A stretch of DNA of 64,000 nucleotides, from positions 4,847,518 to 4,911,517 of the forward strand of contig NW_019091355.1 in NCBI RefSeq assembly GCF_001949145.1. Direction: 5' to 3'. Origin of the DNA: Acanthaster planci. Taxonomy: Eukaryota. Both the position numbers and the translations under genes were made by a program. The first letter of the stretch is position 1. Each line of letters opens with the position of its first letter. Below the pieces are notes generated by a model. It was not told where the DNA came from. It was given only the letters and a program-made list of their open reading frames with translations, and did not search any database. Shown here piece by piece: positions 38,001-50,951 of this stretch.

Positions 38001-39803
38001 AATTCTCTCCCAAAAACTGAATTGATTGTGATAAGTTATTGAGGCACGTATTGTTAACATGTCTCTTCCTTTTTGTAGGTTTGAACGGGGCCAACAACGA
38101 GGAGACGACCAAAATTGACTTGGTTGGTGCCGTGGTCGCTGACATCGTTGATCCGCTGACTAAGATCCTCTTCTATGAGAAAGACGAAGCCAAGAAGGTG
38201 TGCAAGTATTTCCAGTGTTTCTGTTCTAACAGATGATTTTCATAAAACTGTGCATCAATTTGTGAAGGAGATATCCATGACGGGATAAACCTGCTGGGCT
38301 ATGATATATTTGAAGAAGTCTTATTCAACTCGTGACTCCATACTCCACCATGATATGAAGGTACCAGCGAGCTTGGTCATTAATTGGAGAGACGAAATGT
38401 GAAAACATGACAACTGTTCAGGAGGCAGTGTACGTTTGGGACCTAACGGGATTTAAGCAAGGCTAAATGAAAATGGACGGTGCAACTTTGCCACTACACT
38501 CTAAAAACTTCCGGGTCAGATTGACCTATTGGGTCCCATTCAGCGTGACCCTTTTCCGGGTTAGATTGTGACTCGGAAAGGGTCAAATATGACCCGAAAG
38601 AGGGTCATGCTTTGACCCAGAAAAGGGTCACGCTGAATGGGACCCAATTCTGGGTCGATCTAACCCGGGAGTTTTTAGAGTGTACGGGTCCTTGCCGTCA
38701 TTATGGATGATGCTGAGCATTCACGACAAGAAGCAGCTTGGTTCAGTCTGGACCACCATAGGCTACTTCAAAGTGACGGAATGATTTTGCAATGGGAAGC
38801 GCCAACCGCGCAGCAGCTATGGGAACAGAAAGTCGTTAAACGTATTTTCATGTAGAAAACACAGAAAGATCTTTTTAGTAAATTTCTCAAAACCATCTCG
38901 AAGGGAACATGAATACGATCGATACATAACATGCGTGTAGGAGAGTTATCTTTGTGACACACCTATTATCTAGTTCTCCTGATTTGTCTTCCTCGGTGTA
39001 TAGAAGGAACTATCGGCCACTTACTACGGCGAGACAGCTCCTCGATTTCTGAAGGGGTTGGAGGAGATCTTGAAAACAAACAACGGCGGTGACGGCTTCT
39101 TCGTCGGCTCTAAGGTAACTTCGCTAATACCCAACGAAATATCGAGGCACCGTCAGCATAGCTGATTTTCCCCACAACCCTATTTGGAAGGAAATGCATG
39201 AAGCACAAAACACTGCGGGCGACAGGTTGCAATGATCGATGCTAGCAAATACTGTGTAATCAAAATATCTAGCGGTTGGTAAAAAACGAGCAACCCAGAG
39301 CAGAACTTCGAGCAACGAACATAGTTCTTAAGTGCTTGCCCCAAAAAATCCTCTCCAATGAAAATTACCTGTAAATCCCATCAAGCCTCCAGGAGGGAAA
39401 AAAACATCATCCTGAAGCAGTACCCACGCAATGACCGTGATGGAAAACGATTTCATCAATACACAGCCTTCTTCTCTGGGATCGTCATGTTTTCTCATGT
39501 CCCGTTGCATGCCACGGAGAGGGTTTGTGCAAGTTCCTTGGAAATATAGAAAATACTATGCAAAGGAGCCAACAAAGCCCCTGGCCGCCATTCAAGCCGC
39601 TTAAATCTTTTTTATTATCGCAGTTTTGATTAATGGTTTTTCAGATCTCCCGGGCTGACATCATCTTCTACGTGGGCATGGAAGCTTTCCGTAACGACGA
39701 CGTCTTGAAACAGTACCCGAAGCTTTACAGCCTGAAGGAACGTATTGCCCAAGACCCCAAGATCGCTGCTTACTTGAAAGATCGCCCCCAAACACAATTC
39801 TAA
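35057..39803 (+). CDS. Sigma-class GST copy C, 204 aa, 5 exons
   Basis: Exons 35057-35189, 37613-37705, 38079-38197, 39004-39114 and 39645-39803, GT-AG with an open frame. AATAAA at 39834-39839. Confidence 0.95.
38497..38682. mobile_element. Palindromic MITE (CACTC-type TIR, 2-bp TA TSD) in GST-C intron 3
   Basis: TIRs CACTCTAAAAAC / GTTTTTAGAGTG, TA on both sides, and internal GGGTCA/TGACCC repeats. The equivalent site in GST-D intron 3 (about 46865) is empty. Confidence 0.85.
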
Positions 39804-40563
39804 GCAGATAGATCCACTTTTCTTGACTGACAGAATAAAAACAGAATCAAACACAGAGTAGAGTCAATTTGATAGAGAGGGCTTTGTTGCCCTCATATTT
39901 GGAACCGAAACATTCATGTTTAAAACGTGGTTTGATACGGCTCCACATTTTGCACATATTTGGCACTTTTCCCTGATTGATCAAAAAACACGTTAAAACA
40001 CAAAACCAACCACTTGTTGGCTGATTGATTGATACAAGCATACAATATTGATACAATGATTGGCTTTGATTAATCGAAGACGGTGCAAGATGTGGAGGAA
40101 AGGGTAATGAAATATGGTTTTGTTGGACTTTGAATGACATGCACGGCCCTTTTTAAATTTTCACAGAAGAGTATGTATATTTCTGTTTTGATAGAGTTAC
40201 GTCTATTTCTCTTTTCTAGCGCTTAAGACCTTCCCCAAAAATGTTTTAGGTAGTAATGGGCACCTCATTTAAGACTCGACCGGTTTTCCAATATGTAAAT
40301 GCCTGTCATGACTCTAACAATGACGAGTGGTGTACAAATATGGATGCATTCATACGCCTCTTTCCGAAAAGCCCATCAGGGTTTCGCAGCACAAAACATT
40401 CTAAGAAATCCTTTCCAAAGTTACCCCTTACAATAAAAGCTTATCGGGTTGAGAAGATCCTGTTTTGCCTGAGTGTTTGTAACAAGTACCCACTTGTGAA
40501 AGAGACATGTTTTCAGTGTTTCTAAGAGCTTGTAGACACGCTTGCTCTGACGGGGATTTGGAC

Positions 40564-41528
40564 TAATGATGTGCATCGGATTGGGTTAATTAAGCCAAAC
40601 CGATCCGAAACATTACGGACATAAACTGAATCCGAACTGACCGACAAGAAATCGAGGAAAATCCGAACCGAACCTACAAAAATGTAACCGAACCCGAAAA
40701 AAATCGGAACGTTTGGTTTGGGCCAATAATTCTTTATTCCATACAAATTGTATCCGTTTTGTGCCTGAACATATGTACCAGTATTGTATGAATATAGATG
40801 AATATACTTGTCAGACGTAGTCGTATTGTCCCACATCCTAATGAGGTTAGTTCGTTAGTTTGTTAGTTTGTATGTCTGCAAACCATGCACATTGTTCGGT
40901 ATTCCAAGTGCACAACTGCGCATTTCACGATTTTTCATCATCGTACGTGTGCAAGAGCATCGCTGCTACCAGAAAATTTAAAGAGATCGCCGTGTTCTGA
41001 AATAACCTTTTCAAAAAAGTTTGGGACAGCAAAGTATTTTCAGATGTTTTGTGTATTCAGACTTTTGTTTGAACAAGATTTGTTTTCGTCTTTTCTATTA
41101 GACGAAACAAAGTATATACAGAGTATGCGAAATCGGTTTCTGCATTCCCGTATGTAACTTTGTTTCACCCGCCTCGTTTTTTTCCGAAAGAAAAACCGTC
41201 GAGTCTTGTTGCGTAGTTGACCGAGCTGGCTTGAATTTTGTGTGCCACTGAGTGCGGCCGCGGTCCGGTCTACTCAGAAAGCGTTTGCATGGCGCTTGTT
41301 TATTTGGATGTGCCGCGTCACTGTCGCTACTAACATATGAGTTTAGCTATGTACTCTGAAGTTCAAACGAGTAAATTCATCACGTGAATTTCCCTTTTCA
41401 GTTTTTCGGTTATTTTCGGTTTTTCACAATACATGTGTAGCTTAACCGACCCGACAACCACAAAAGCAAAATCGAAACCGACCCGATCTGAAGTCGGTTT
41501 AGGGTCGGTTCGGTTTTGCACAACATTA
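40564..41528. mobile_element. Non-autonomous hAT-like transposon (965 bp)
   Basis: TIRs TAATGATGTGCA / TGCACAACATTA, subterminal CCGAAC/AACCGA arrays and a degenerate 8-bp TSD (ATTTGGAC / GTTCGGAC). The paralogous site at about 49343 is empty. Confidence 0.85.
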
Positions 41529-41824
41529 GTTCGGACCCCTGCTATATATATATGCATGTTCAGTGTACTACAAAGGTCTTACTTCACTCCACTACAGAAT
41601 TAGTCGGCGTAAATCAAGGCTTGGGGGCGCCACAAGCATGAGCTTACGTTTTCTTGGAATGTTGTCAATATTTTGTCAGTATGACTAGATAAGAGATAGG
41701 TTTTTATCATCACGACCAGAAGGTACGTTGACTACTTTCAGTGTGATAATCTTGTGAGTCCAGTGCTCAAATCTTTCAGTACAATCGGAACTTCTTGTAG
41801 TCTACCACTGACATATATCCAGCA

Positions 41825-42265
41825 NNNNNNNNNNNNNNNNNNNNNNNNNNNNNNNNNNNNNNNNNNNNNNNNNNNNNNNNNNNNNNNNNNNNNNNNNNNN
41901 NNNNNNNNNNNNNNNNNNNNNNNNNNNNNNNNNNNNNNNNNNNNNNNNNNNNNNNNNNNNNNNNNNNNNNNNNNNNNNNNNNNNNNNNNNNNNNNNNNNN
42001 NNNNNNNNNNNNNNNNNNNNNNNNNNNNNNNNNNNNNNNNNNNNNNNNNNNNNNNNNNNNNNNNNNNNNNNNNNNNNNNNNNNNNNNNNNNNNNNNNNNN
42101 NNNNNNNNNNNNNNNNNNNNNNNNNNNNNNNNNNNNNNNNNNNNNNNNNNNNNNNNNNNNNNNNNNNNNNNNNNNNNNNNNNNNNNNNNNNNNNNNNNNN
42201 NNNNNNNNNNNNNNNNNNNNNNNNNNNNNNNNNNNNNNNNNNNNNNNNNNNNNNNNNNNNNNNNN
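41825..42265. other. Assembly gap
   Basis: Run of N. Confidence 1.
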
Positions 42266-44496
42266 TTTCGGAAGAATGGATTGCTAATTCGTGAGCGTAA
42301 GTGTTTATTCGGAACTATGAATCTTTTCATAGTAGAGTGTGGATTCAGAATTGGGAGCCCACGCATCATTTTTCTTTGCTCATTTCGAACAAATCGACAT
42401 CTGAATATTGGCTCAATCCTTTACTACAAGTCCCTACTACATGTACGTGCAGTTTTCAATTTCATTATAGACTAAAAATAAACCAATGTATCACATGTAT
42501 CACAGGGGGAGGGAGTATAGCGGGGAGTACGGAAGCCTTGTAGTGCCATCAAGTACACATCTTCAAAAAATGGAGTACATGTATATTTTTGAAGTTCGTT
42601 TTCGTGTGATTTTTTCCAAGTTCGCTCTTACGAGGTATATTTTAAGAACCATTCTTTTTGGAAAAAATCCCTTTTCTGAGGTAGGCCTATATTCCTACAG
42701 AAGCGTACCACTGCCAACGTAGAAAAAAATAATTTGAAAGGATCTCGTTTGAAGGACTTATCTAGTTTTAACTCAGTAAGGTGTTTAAACGACTTAAAAT
42801 TGTATGGCACTCTTGGTTTTGTATTTACAGCTTCGTATACTAGGCTGCTTTGGGTCAGAGTTATATAGAGAGAGAGAGAGTAGCGCCGACTTCAGCCTTT
42901 GGAACCAGAATGGATGTTCGTACAGTACAGTATGCAGGTAATTGTCCATGTGCACCGACACGTAATCCATGATTTTGGGTCTGACAATTGAAGCACTCAT
43001 AAACAACTCTGCTTTGGGTAACGTTCAATCCCATACGATTTTCTAGGTTATATTTTTTTAAAGTGTACTTGAAACGCCCAAACCTTTTCGGGCGAGGTGT
43101 GAGATGGGGAGGGGTCAGGGAGAGCTTGCTCAAAAAGTCCGACACTAAGGCCTCGATGGTGAAAAAGTTCATGTAGGCCTATACATTCCTGATGTTCGAG
43201 AGTTCGAGTTGAAACAACCAAACCTCAGAACCACAGAACTGAAAAAAGGATTAACCACCACGACGTCACCGCAAACCCCCATGGAGCGGACCCACGGGTC
43301 GGGGGTCAACCTCCTCCCCCACTCATTCCCATTTGGGGGAGGGGCTATGTCTTAAAGAAGACCCCCTAAAAGCATAATAATGTAGAAGACTTATTTTGCG
43401 TATATATGGTTAACAACAAAGCAAAGAGATGACTTCATTAAAAGGACAACAGGTAGTACCTCCCCCCTTGCACAAACTGAAATTCCCCCCCCCCAGCAAC
43501 AAAATCCTGGATCCAACATTGTAAGTACTGGGCTTCTTTTTAAAGGTCGCCGGTACCCTGTATATGTAAATTACACGTTGCCGGTGAGAGGTTTCTGTTG
43601 GCAGAGTGATCATCAAATTATGCATTAGATTTATTCCATTTCTGTCTATACAAACTTTGCAACAGTTGCCAAAATAGGCAGTGACAGAACATTCATACCG
43701 ACAGGGTATTAAAAGAGTTGTTAAATTCCCTTTGTGCATACAACAAAGACTGTAGAGCTGGGAAGCTAAATTCGTGTGAGTGCTTTCAACCGTACAATAC
43801 AACTACATTTGAGTTTCCTGTTGGTATAAGCCAGTTCGCGATTCTTTTTTTCCGAGACAGTGCAAACCATTGAGGTAGAATCATTTTCCTTTACATGTTC
43901 ATTCCACGCGGGCTGACACGCGTGTCACCTTAACTTTTCAAATGACCTTGGCAACAAAATCTCGTCAGGCGGGATCTGTCCCGAGTGTAAATGAACACTC
44001 GCCTACATTGTAATCTACACGACTGATTTCCCACAGCATGCGTAGGCCATAATGGGAATGCATTTTTTTCCGCGGCTGACTGATCCGACGTGTTAAAAGG
44101 GGATCTTAGTGCCGCCCCGAGCTGAAAATTATAGGAAATCTTGCTGTGGTGCCTGATCACAAATACAGTATAGTTGGACATCTAGCCGCAAATCCTTTTC
44201 TGGAGTGGTAGTGAGGGGCGCAGAGCAGCTTTGCGTTCAGATCCGTCTGGAACGAAGACTGACACCATGAGTTGGCACATTTTGAAAAGAGGTCACCAAG
44301 CTATACCCTTGACCCTTTCTAAAGCGAGAATAAATGCGCGCACGCTCCATACAATAGAAGTATTATGTAAATTTACATAGAACTTTATATCTATGAGTAG
44401 CGGGGTGAGGGGAATTTATCTCTGCAGTCGATTCTACGGTAGCCTACTGAGCGAACAAGTCAGGTGCAGCCTTGCTCCACGCATCATCCAACAAGG

Positions 44497-47400
44497 ATGC
44501 CTTCCTACAAACTTGTGTACTTCAATATCCGCGGGAGGGCAGAGCCGACCCGCATGATGCTTAATTACGTGGGCCAGAAGTTCGAAGACGTCCGCTACAG
44601 CTCCGAAGAGTGGGTCAAGCACAAGCCGAGTAAGTAGGGCCAGACTTGCAACGATTCGCTATAGTTGAGAACGTAGATAATAACGTGTAGATCCCATCCG
44701 AATGAGCCTGCTTCTCGAACAAGTCTCAACTCCATGCATAGGGCTACCAGCAAGGGCGTAAATCCCAGGGGATGGGAAGTTTACCCGGACTTTTTTTTAC
44801 CACCGTGGGCATGGGCTACTGAATCACCCCCCTAAAAAACACTTTTCCCTGGTGAGAAAAAAAATAAGGTGCATTGTGAAGAGTTTTTCGGACTTCCAAC
44901 AACCAATATGTATTGATTAACATTCAAAAAATAAGAATAATCAATGATGATGTAAGATTCTGCATAAATGTAATAGATAATCACATATGTACATCCGTAT
45001 CATGAACATTGCTCCCCTACATACTGTCATATGATTCAGCACCCCCCTCTCGCTTTCCAAATGTCCGAGGCAAGCCCCCCCCCCCTCCAATGATTGCCCA
45101 CGCTCCATCCCCCATGTTCGGCACAAATTTACACCACTGCCTACTCGGAAGCTCGCGCTCGACATGTCCTAACAGCACAGCCATGCACCGACTCACGCAT
45201 GCGCTTCTTTCCCGACAGGCCTTGGCTTTTCGAAATACTGAACTGGCTCATTAAAAACCACGACAAAATAGACGGTTATGAAATTTCTGCCTGACAAGTT
45301 GCAACAAATAAAATGTACAGTATGTGCATTACCCAGAAGATACGACAACGTGGATCAGCCAGGTCCATATTTGGTCTGGGCCAATTGAAGCATGCACTGG
45401 GAGGAGCACTCCACTGCCTGGTAACAATAGAATCGGCGCGGTGAATGTGTCACGACCTGTGACGTCAAACATGCAGGAAGGGAACCTCACCACATATCGC
45501 TTATGTGCTTCATGCATAACAGACAAGTGGTGCGTGAATCCATTTTATGAAAACCCACACATTATGTCAATACAGCCTCGTGAACCTCAGACTGGAGTTA
45601 AATAAAAGCCAACATTTTCAAAAACGACAGCCAGGCCATTGAATCGTGTAATTACTATAGGCCTAGACCTTTTCACTAATAAAATCGTAATTTAGCACGC
45701 ATGCCCACAGATGGCCTTGGCGGCAAGGGCCATTTAAAACGTACAAGGGTGCGATTTTGATCCTTTTCTCCTAGGTGTTCTGACTTTGTTCATTTTTTCT
45801 TCAGAAAATCCCATTAAATGGTTTTTTTTCTTTTAGTTTCTAATCTAGGCTGGATTTTTCTCCCTTAGTCTTGTGCGCACAGGACTATCACTTTTGTAAA
45901 GTCTGTTTACAGCGCACGAAAAATCCCGCTTAGATTAGAAACTAACTGTGTGTCTTAAAGTTTTGTTTATTCCTGCCTCAGCGACCCCATTTCAGCAGCT
46001 ACCATACTTGGAAGTCGACGGGAAGATTATCCCTCAGAGTCGTGTGATCGAGGGCTTCGTGGCCAGGGAGTTCGGTACGTGAGCATGTTGTATTGCTTTC
46101 GCTGTTTTGTACAAATAATGGCCGTGTGTTAATATTAACTCTTCGGCAGCTATAAATCGTGCTTGGAACAACTTCAAAAGCTTACTTTATATGAAATAAA
46201 AATCAAAATGGTCAGAAAATTGTGCTGTTGTAAGACAGAAGAGGTTTGCATAATTTACGTAGTGGCCTATTTGTGAAAACAGAGTTTTGTCAAAATGATG
46301 ATCGTAGGTAGTGCTATGCGGCCGGGGCATAGTTGTGATAAGCACAGATGTTTCGACACAGTCACTTTAAGTGAGCTGCTATTCCCCTCCCCCCCCCCGA
46401 AAAAAGATCGATTGATAATGGAAGTTACTTGAAGCATGTTCTCCTCCTTTTTGTAGGTTTGAACGGGGCCAGTAACGAGGAGACGACCACAATTGACTTG
46501 GTTACTGCCGTCCTCAAGGATATCATGGATCCGCTGGGCAAGATCTTCTACGAGAAAGACGAAGTCAAGAAGGTATGCAAGTATTTTCAGTGTGTCCGTC
46601 CCAACAGAATGATTTTCATGAAAACTGTGCATCAATTTGTGACCAAGATATCCACGGAGGGATTTATAGAAACCTGGTAGGCTATGGTACGAAGAAGTCG
46701 AAGTCACGGTATTCCACCACAACTGAAGGTACCCGCGAGCCTGGTAATTAATTGGACAGAACAAAAAGTGCAATAAGGTAATAACTTGGGAGAAGGCACT
46801 CGACGATTTTGGGTCTTAACAGGATTTGAGCAATGATGATGGAAATGCACGGGCGCAACCTCTGCACCGCCACGACTCCTTGCCATAATTCTGTACAGTG
46901 CCGAGCCTTGACGGATGATTTTCTGTCTGAACCACCATACTTCGAAGTGACGGAATAATTTTGTGATAGGAAACACTAGCCAGCTTGCTTAAACATTTTT
47001 AAAGCTACTGGTACGAATGGAGAGTCATTTGACGCATTTGAAACCATCTCGACGGGAATATGAAAAAGCCTATGGTCGGCGTACATTAAACTGAATTTAT
47101 AGGAGAGTTATCTTTGTTAAACACCTATTAACTAGTTATCCTGATTTGTCTACTTCGCTGTATAGAAGGAACTATCGGCCACTTACTACGGCGAGACAGC
47201 TCCTCGATTTCTGAAAGGGTTGGAGGATATCTTGAAAACAAACAACGGCGGTGATGGCTTCTTCGTCGGTTCTAAGGTAACTTTTCTACTACCCATCGAA
47301 CTATCTAGGGGCCTTCAGCCTTCTCACAAGACTTTTTAGATGGAAACGCATGTACCACAATGCACCACGGGCGACAGGTTGCTGGGGTAACTTTGGCAGA

Positions 47401-48537
47401 TCAAAATCCTGATCACTTCTGCTTTTCCTAAAACAGAAATTATTTGTCATTGTTGAGAGGATCTGTTTGTCACATTAAGCCTTCAGTTTAGTCTAGTAGT
47501 AGCAAACATCCATCCACTTCTTTCAGTTGTGAGTTAGAGTTTAGTTGGGTGCTTCCAAAGTCACCCCGTGGTTTGGGGCAACTCTGACAGGCTGCTGGAA
47601 TTTAAACGAAAAAACATTGAAAAAGATTATAACGAAGTCTTACACATGAAAACTCCTTCAGGTCAAGCTTCCAGCAGTATTTCATGATAAAAAATCTTTC
47701 ATAGAATCCTTTGAGAAAATCTTATATCATTCATATAGCGCGTTGAAAAGATATGACGACTACAACCAAGGGGTGTGGCTTGTGCCAAAGTTACCCCCAG
47801 GGGGCCTAAGTAAACAAATTATCTAGTAATACATCGAAAGAAAGAGCAACGCACAACAGAACGTCGAGCAAAGAAGATTATTCTTAAGTGCTTGCCCGAA
47901 GGATTTCCGCTTCAATACGGGCGTTTCACAATGGTGCCCCTTCAAGAGTTTGCAACGCGTTGACCGATCACAGAGCGCGAAATCTGTCGACCCAGTGCGC
48001 GTTTGGAAAGGGTCGACAGATTTCGCGCTCTGTGATTGGTCGACGCGTTGCGAACTCGTGGAGGCGCACTATTGTGAATCGCACGTATTAATATGACCTA
48101 AAAATCCCATCAAACCTCCAGGAGGGAAACAACATTATCCTGTCCATAACGCAGTACCCACATAATGACCGTGATACTGGAAAGCGATTTCATCAATACA
48201 CAGCCTCATTCCCTGGCATTTTCATGTTTTCTCATGTCCCGTTGCATGCCACGGAGAGGGTTTGTGTAAGTTCCTTGGAAATATAGAAAATACCATGCAA
48301 AATAGTCAACAAAGCCCCTGGCCGCCATTCAGGCCGCTTCAATGTTATCAATTTCGCAGTTTGATTCGCTGTTATTTTCAGATCTCGCGAGCTGACATCG
48401 TCTTCTACGTGAGCATGGAATTAAGCCTTAAAGACGACGTCTTGAAAGAGTACCCGAAGCTCTACAGCCTGAAGGAACGTGTTGCCAAAGACCCCAAGAT
48501 CGCTGCTTACTTGAAAAATCGCCCCCAAACACAATAA
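44497..48537 (+). CDS. Sigma-class GST copy D, 202 aa, 5 exons
   Basis: Exons 44497-44629, 45982-46074, 46457-46572, 47166-47276 and 48382-48537, GT-AG with an open frame. Relative to copy C, exon 3 is one codon shorter and the terminal Phe is missing. Confidence 0.95.
47382..47800. mobile_element. MITE with GGGGTAACTTTGGCA TIRs in GST-D intron 4
   Basis: Ends CTGGGGTAACTTTGGCA / TGCCAAAGTTACCCCCAG. Absent from GST-C intron 4 (about 39230). Confidence 0.7.
47914..48089. mobile_element. Fold-back palindromic element (about 176 bp) in GST-D intron 4
   Basis: Arms of about 80 nt are near-perfect reverse complements (core ATCACAGAGCGCGAAATCTGTCGACCC / GGGTCGACAGATTTCGCGCTCTGTGAT). The site in GST-C at about 39355 is empty. 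Confidence 0.85.
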
Positions 48538-50858
48538 GTTCAGTCTTCTTGACTAACGGGTGAAAACAAAATCAAATACATGTACACAAGACGGCTTAGC
48601 TTCCCTCATGTTTACAACATTCATGTTTCGACGCCTCATTTTGCAACACATTTGTCTCTTTTCGCCGATTGATCATAGAAGCACATTTAAACACAAAAAC
48701 TAGCCATTTGCTGTCTGACTCACCTTCATGCTGTGGTTATTCAAGAAATGAAAGGGAAGACAAATGTCTAATAACATTTCACTGCTACGTAGTAAAACTA
48801 ATTGATAATGTCAAGTGTGGAGGTTTATACTTTTGCTGACATTGCTTGCCATGTAGTAGAAAGAATACGGTGGCCTGTATGTTACAATGATAGGCTTTAA
48901 TTAGTTGAAGATGCTGCAATATGTAGAGGGAAGGGTAATGAAATCAGGCTTTTTTAAACTTCGAAGGACATGCATGGTATTTTTTTAAAGTTTTACAGGA
49001 GAGTAGATATATTATTATTTTGATAGAGTTACGTCTTTCCAAGCACCTAAGACCTTACCTGACAATGTTTTAGGTAGTAATACCACCTCATTTAAGGTAA
49101 ATGCCTGTCATGACCTTAATACTGACAGAGTGGTGCATAAATTCCTTGCTGTACTTAACGAGTGCATTCATACCCCTCTTTATGAAAAGCCTCACAAAAG
49201 TTTCGCAGCACAGGATATTCTAAGAAACCCATTCCAAAGTTGCCCCCTACATAACATAAGGTTATCGGGTTGAAAAGACCCTGTTTTGCCTGGGTGTCTC
49301 TGATAACTATCCACTTCTCAGAAACGCGCTTGCTCTGACGGGATACGAACCCCTGCTATGTACTACAAACGTCTTACTGCACTCCACTATCAAATTAGTC
49401 GGCGTAAATCAAGGCTTGGGGGCGCCACAAGCATGAGCTTACGTTTTCTTGGAATGTTGTCAATATTTTGTCATTACGACAAGAAAAGAATTAATTTTTA
49501 TCATTTCGACCAGTAGGCAACACAGGGACCGCTTTCAGTGCAAAAAAGCTTTGCTAACCATTGCTATAACGGCACGCTATCGTTAGAAATTGGGATTCGG
49601 CAAAAAGAATGTCTACTTCGTAAGTGTTTATTCGGAACTACGAATCTTTAGTAAAGTGTGGGTTCGGTAGTGGGAACCCAAGGATGGATAGTTTCAGTGC
49701 ATTTTATTGACAGCTAAATATTGCCTTAATTCTAATTTCAGCAAGTCTCTATCACATGCAGCTTTCAATAAACCAACTACAAACCCCAAAGATAAACTAT
49801 GTGCATTCTTGATGTTCGAGACGTCGAGTTAAAAATAACAGTTTTCAGAACCACAAAAGTCGAACAGATTAACTTCCACAGTGTTACCACAACCCCCCCC
49901 CCGACGCTGGTGAACCGCCCCTCTCCCCGCTCATTGCCATTTCTTCGGGGGGCGGGCTACATCTTAAGACTCGGAAGACCCGCCAAAAAGCATAAACCAT
50001 AGTTTGCATTTACGTTTAAGAACAAAGCAAAGAGTTTCAAAGAGCTTCACCAAGGCGACAACTACATGTAGTGACCCCCCCCCTTGCACGACCAAAATTT
50101 CCTTGACCCTCCCTCAGAAAATTCTAGATTCACCCCTGCTCTCGTACCGTATACAATGTATCTTAGCGACTGGGTTAGTCAACATTTCAGAAATAAAGCG
50201 CGTTTCTTTTGTAAAGGTCGAGTGCCCTATGAGTATGTATAGCGTTTGCTGGTTAGACTTTGTCGTTGACAGAGTGATATTGCAAATCGTGCGTGTTGAA
50301 CCTTGCTCTGTTTGGCTAAATTATCAAATTACAAAGACATGGCTACACAGGAACCTCAATAGAGTATTGTTGAATCAAAATGCATTTGCAATCTTTGGTG
50401 AGAGCATGCACTGGAGGCATTTATAATGAATTGACGTCACCTTTATGGCAGTGTAAATTTATCTCACCCCACCGGAAATTCACGTGTATTATCCACGCTT
50501 TGAAGGCCTTGTACTGAATAACATGTATATTATGTCCATGTTCGTTAGTATGTCCTTGGCCAATCAATTCAAAGCAATTCCTCAATTACTTTTGCAGGTC
50601 TTTATTATTCTACACTTTTACTGATAATTGCCTTTGTAAGTCTGCGAAAGGTGTGGAATCATTTATGCTGTGGATTTGCTTATCGAAAAATCAAAACTAT
50701 GAAACAGCAAAATTGGCAACATTTTTGACTGACATCCCAGGGTACCTTCAATAGATCAATGACGTGGCTCCTAAATAAAAAGACAGAAAGAAGGGGGGAC
50801 TGTTTGCACAGAGAGTTAATGTGTAACCAGTTTTTCAAGCACCTCGCTACCCCGGTGG

Positions 50859-50865
50859 TATAAAA
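50859..50865 (+). promoter_or_regulatory. TATA box upstream of GST-E
   Basis: TATAAAA about 90 nt upstream of the ATG at 50952, the same spacing as in GST-A. Confidence 0.55.
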
Positions 50866-50951
50866 CAGCAGCATTTATAGAAATCATTGGCACAAGGTTC
50901 TGAATGATCTACCATTGAGCTGTAAGCTGTCGTTTCACCTTGGTTCCCACG

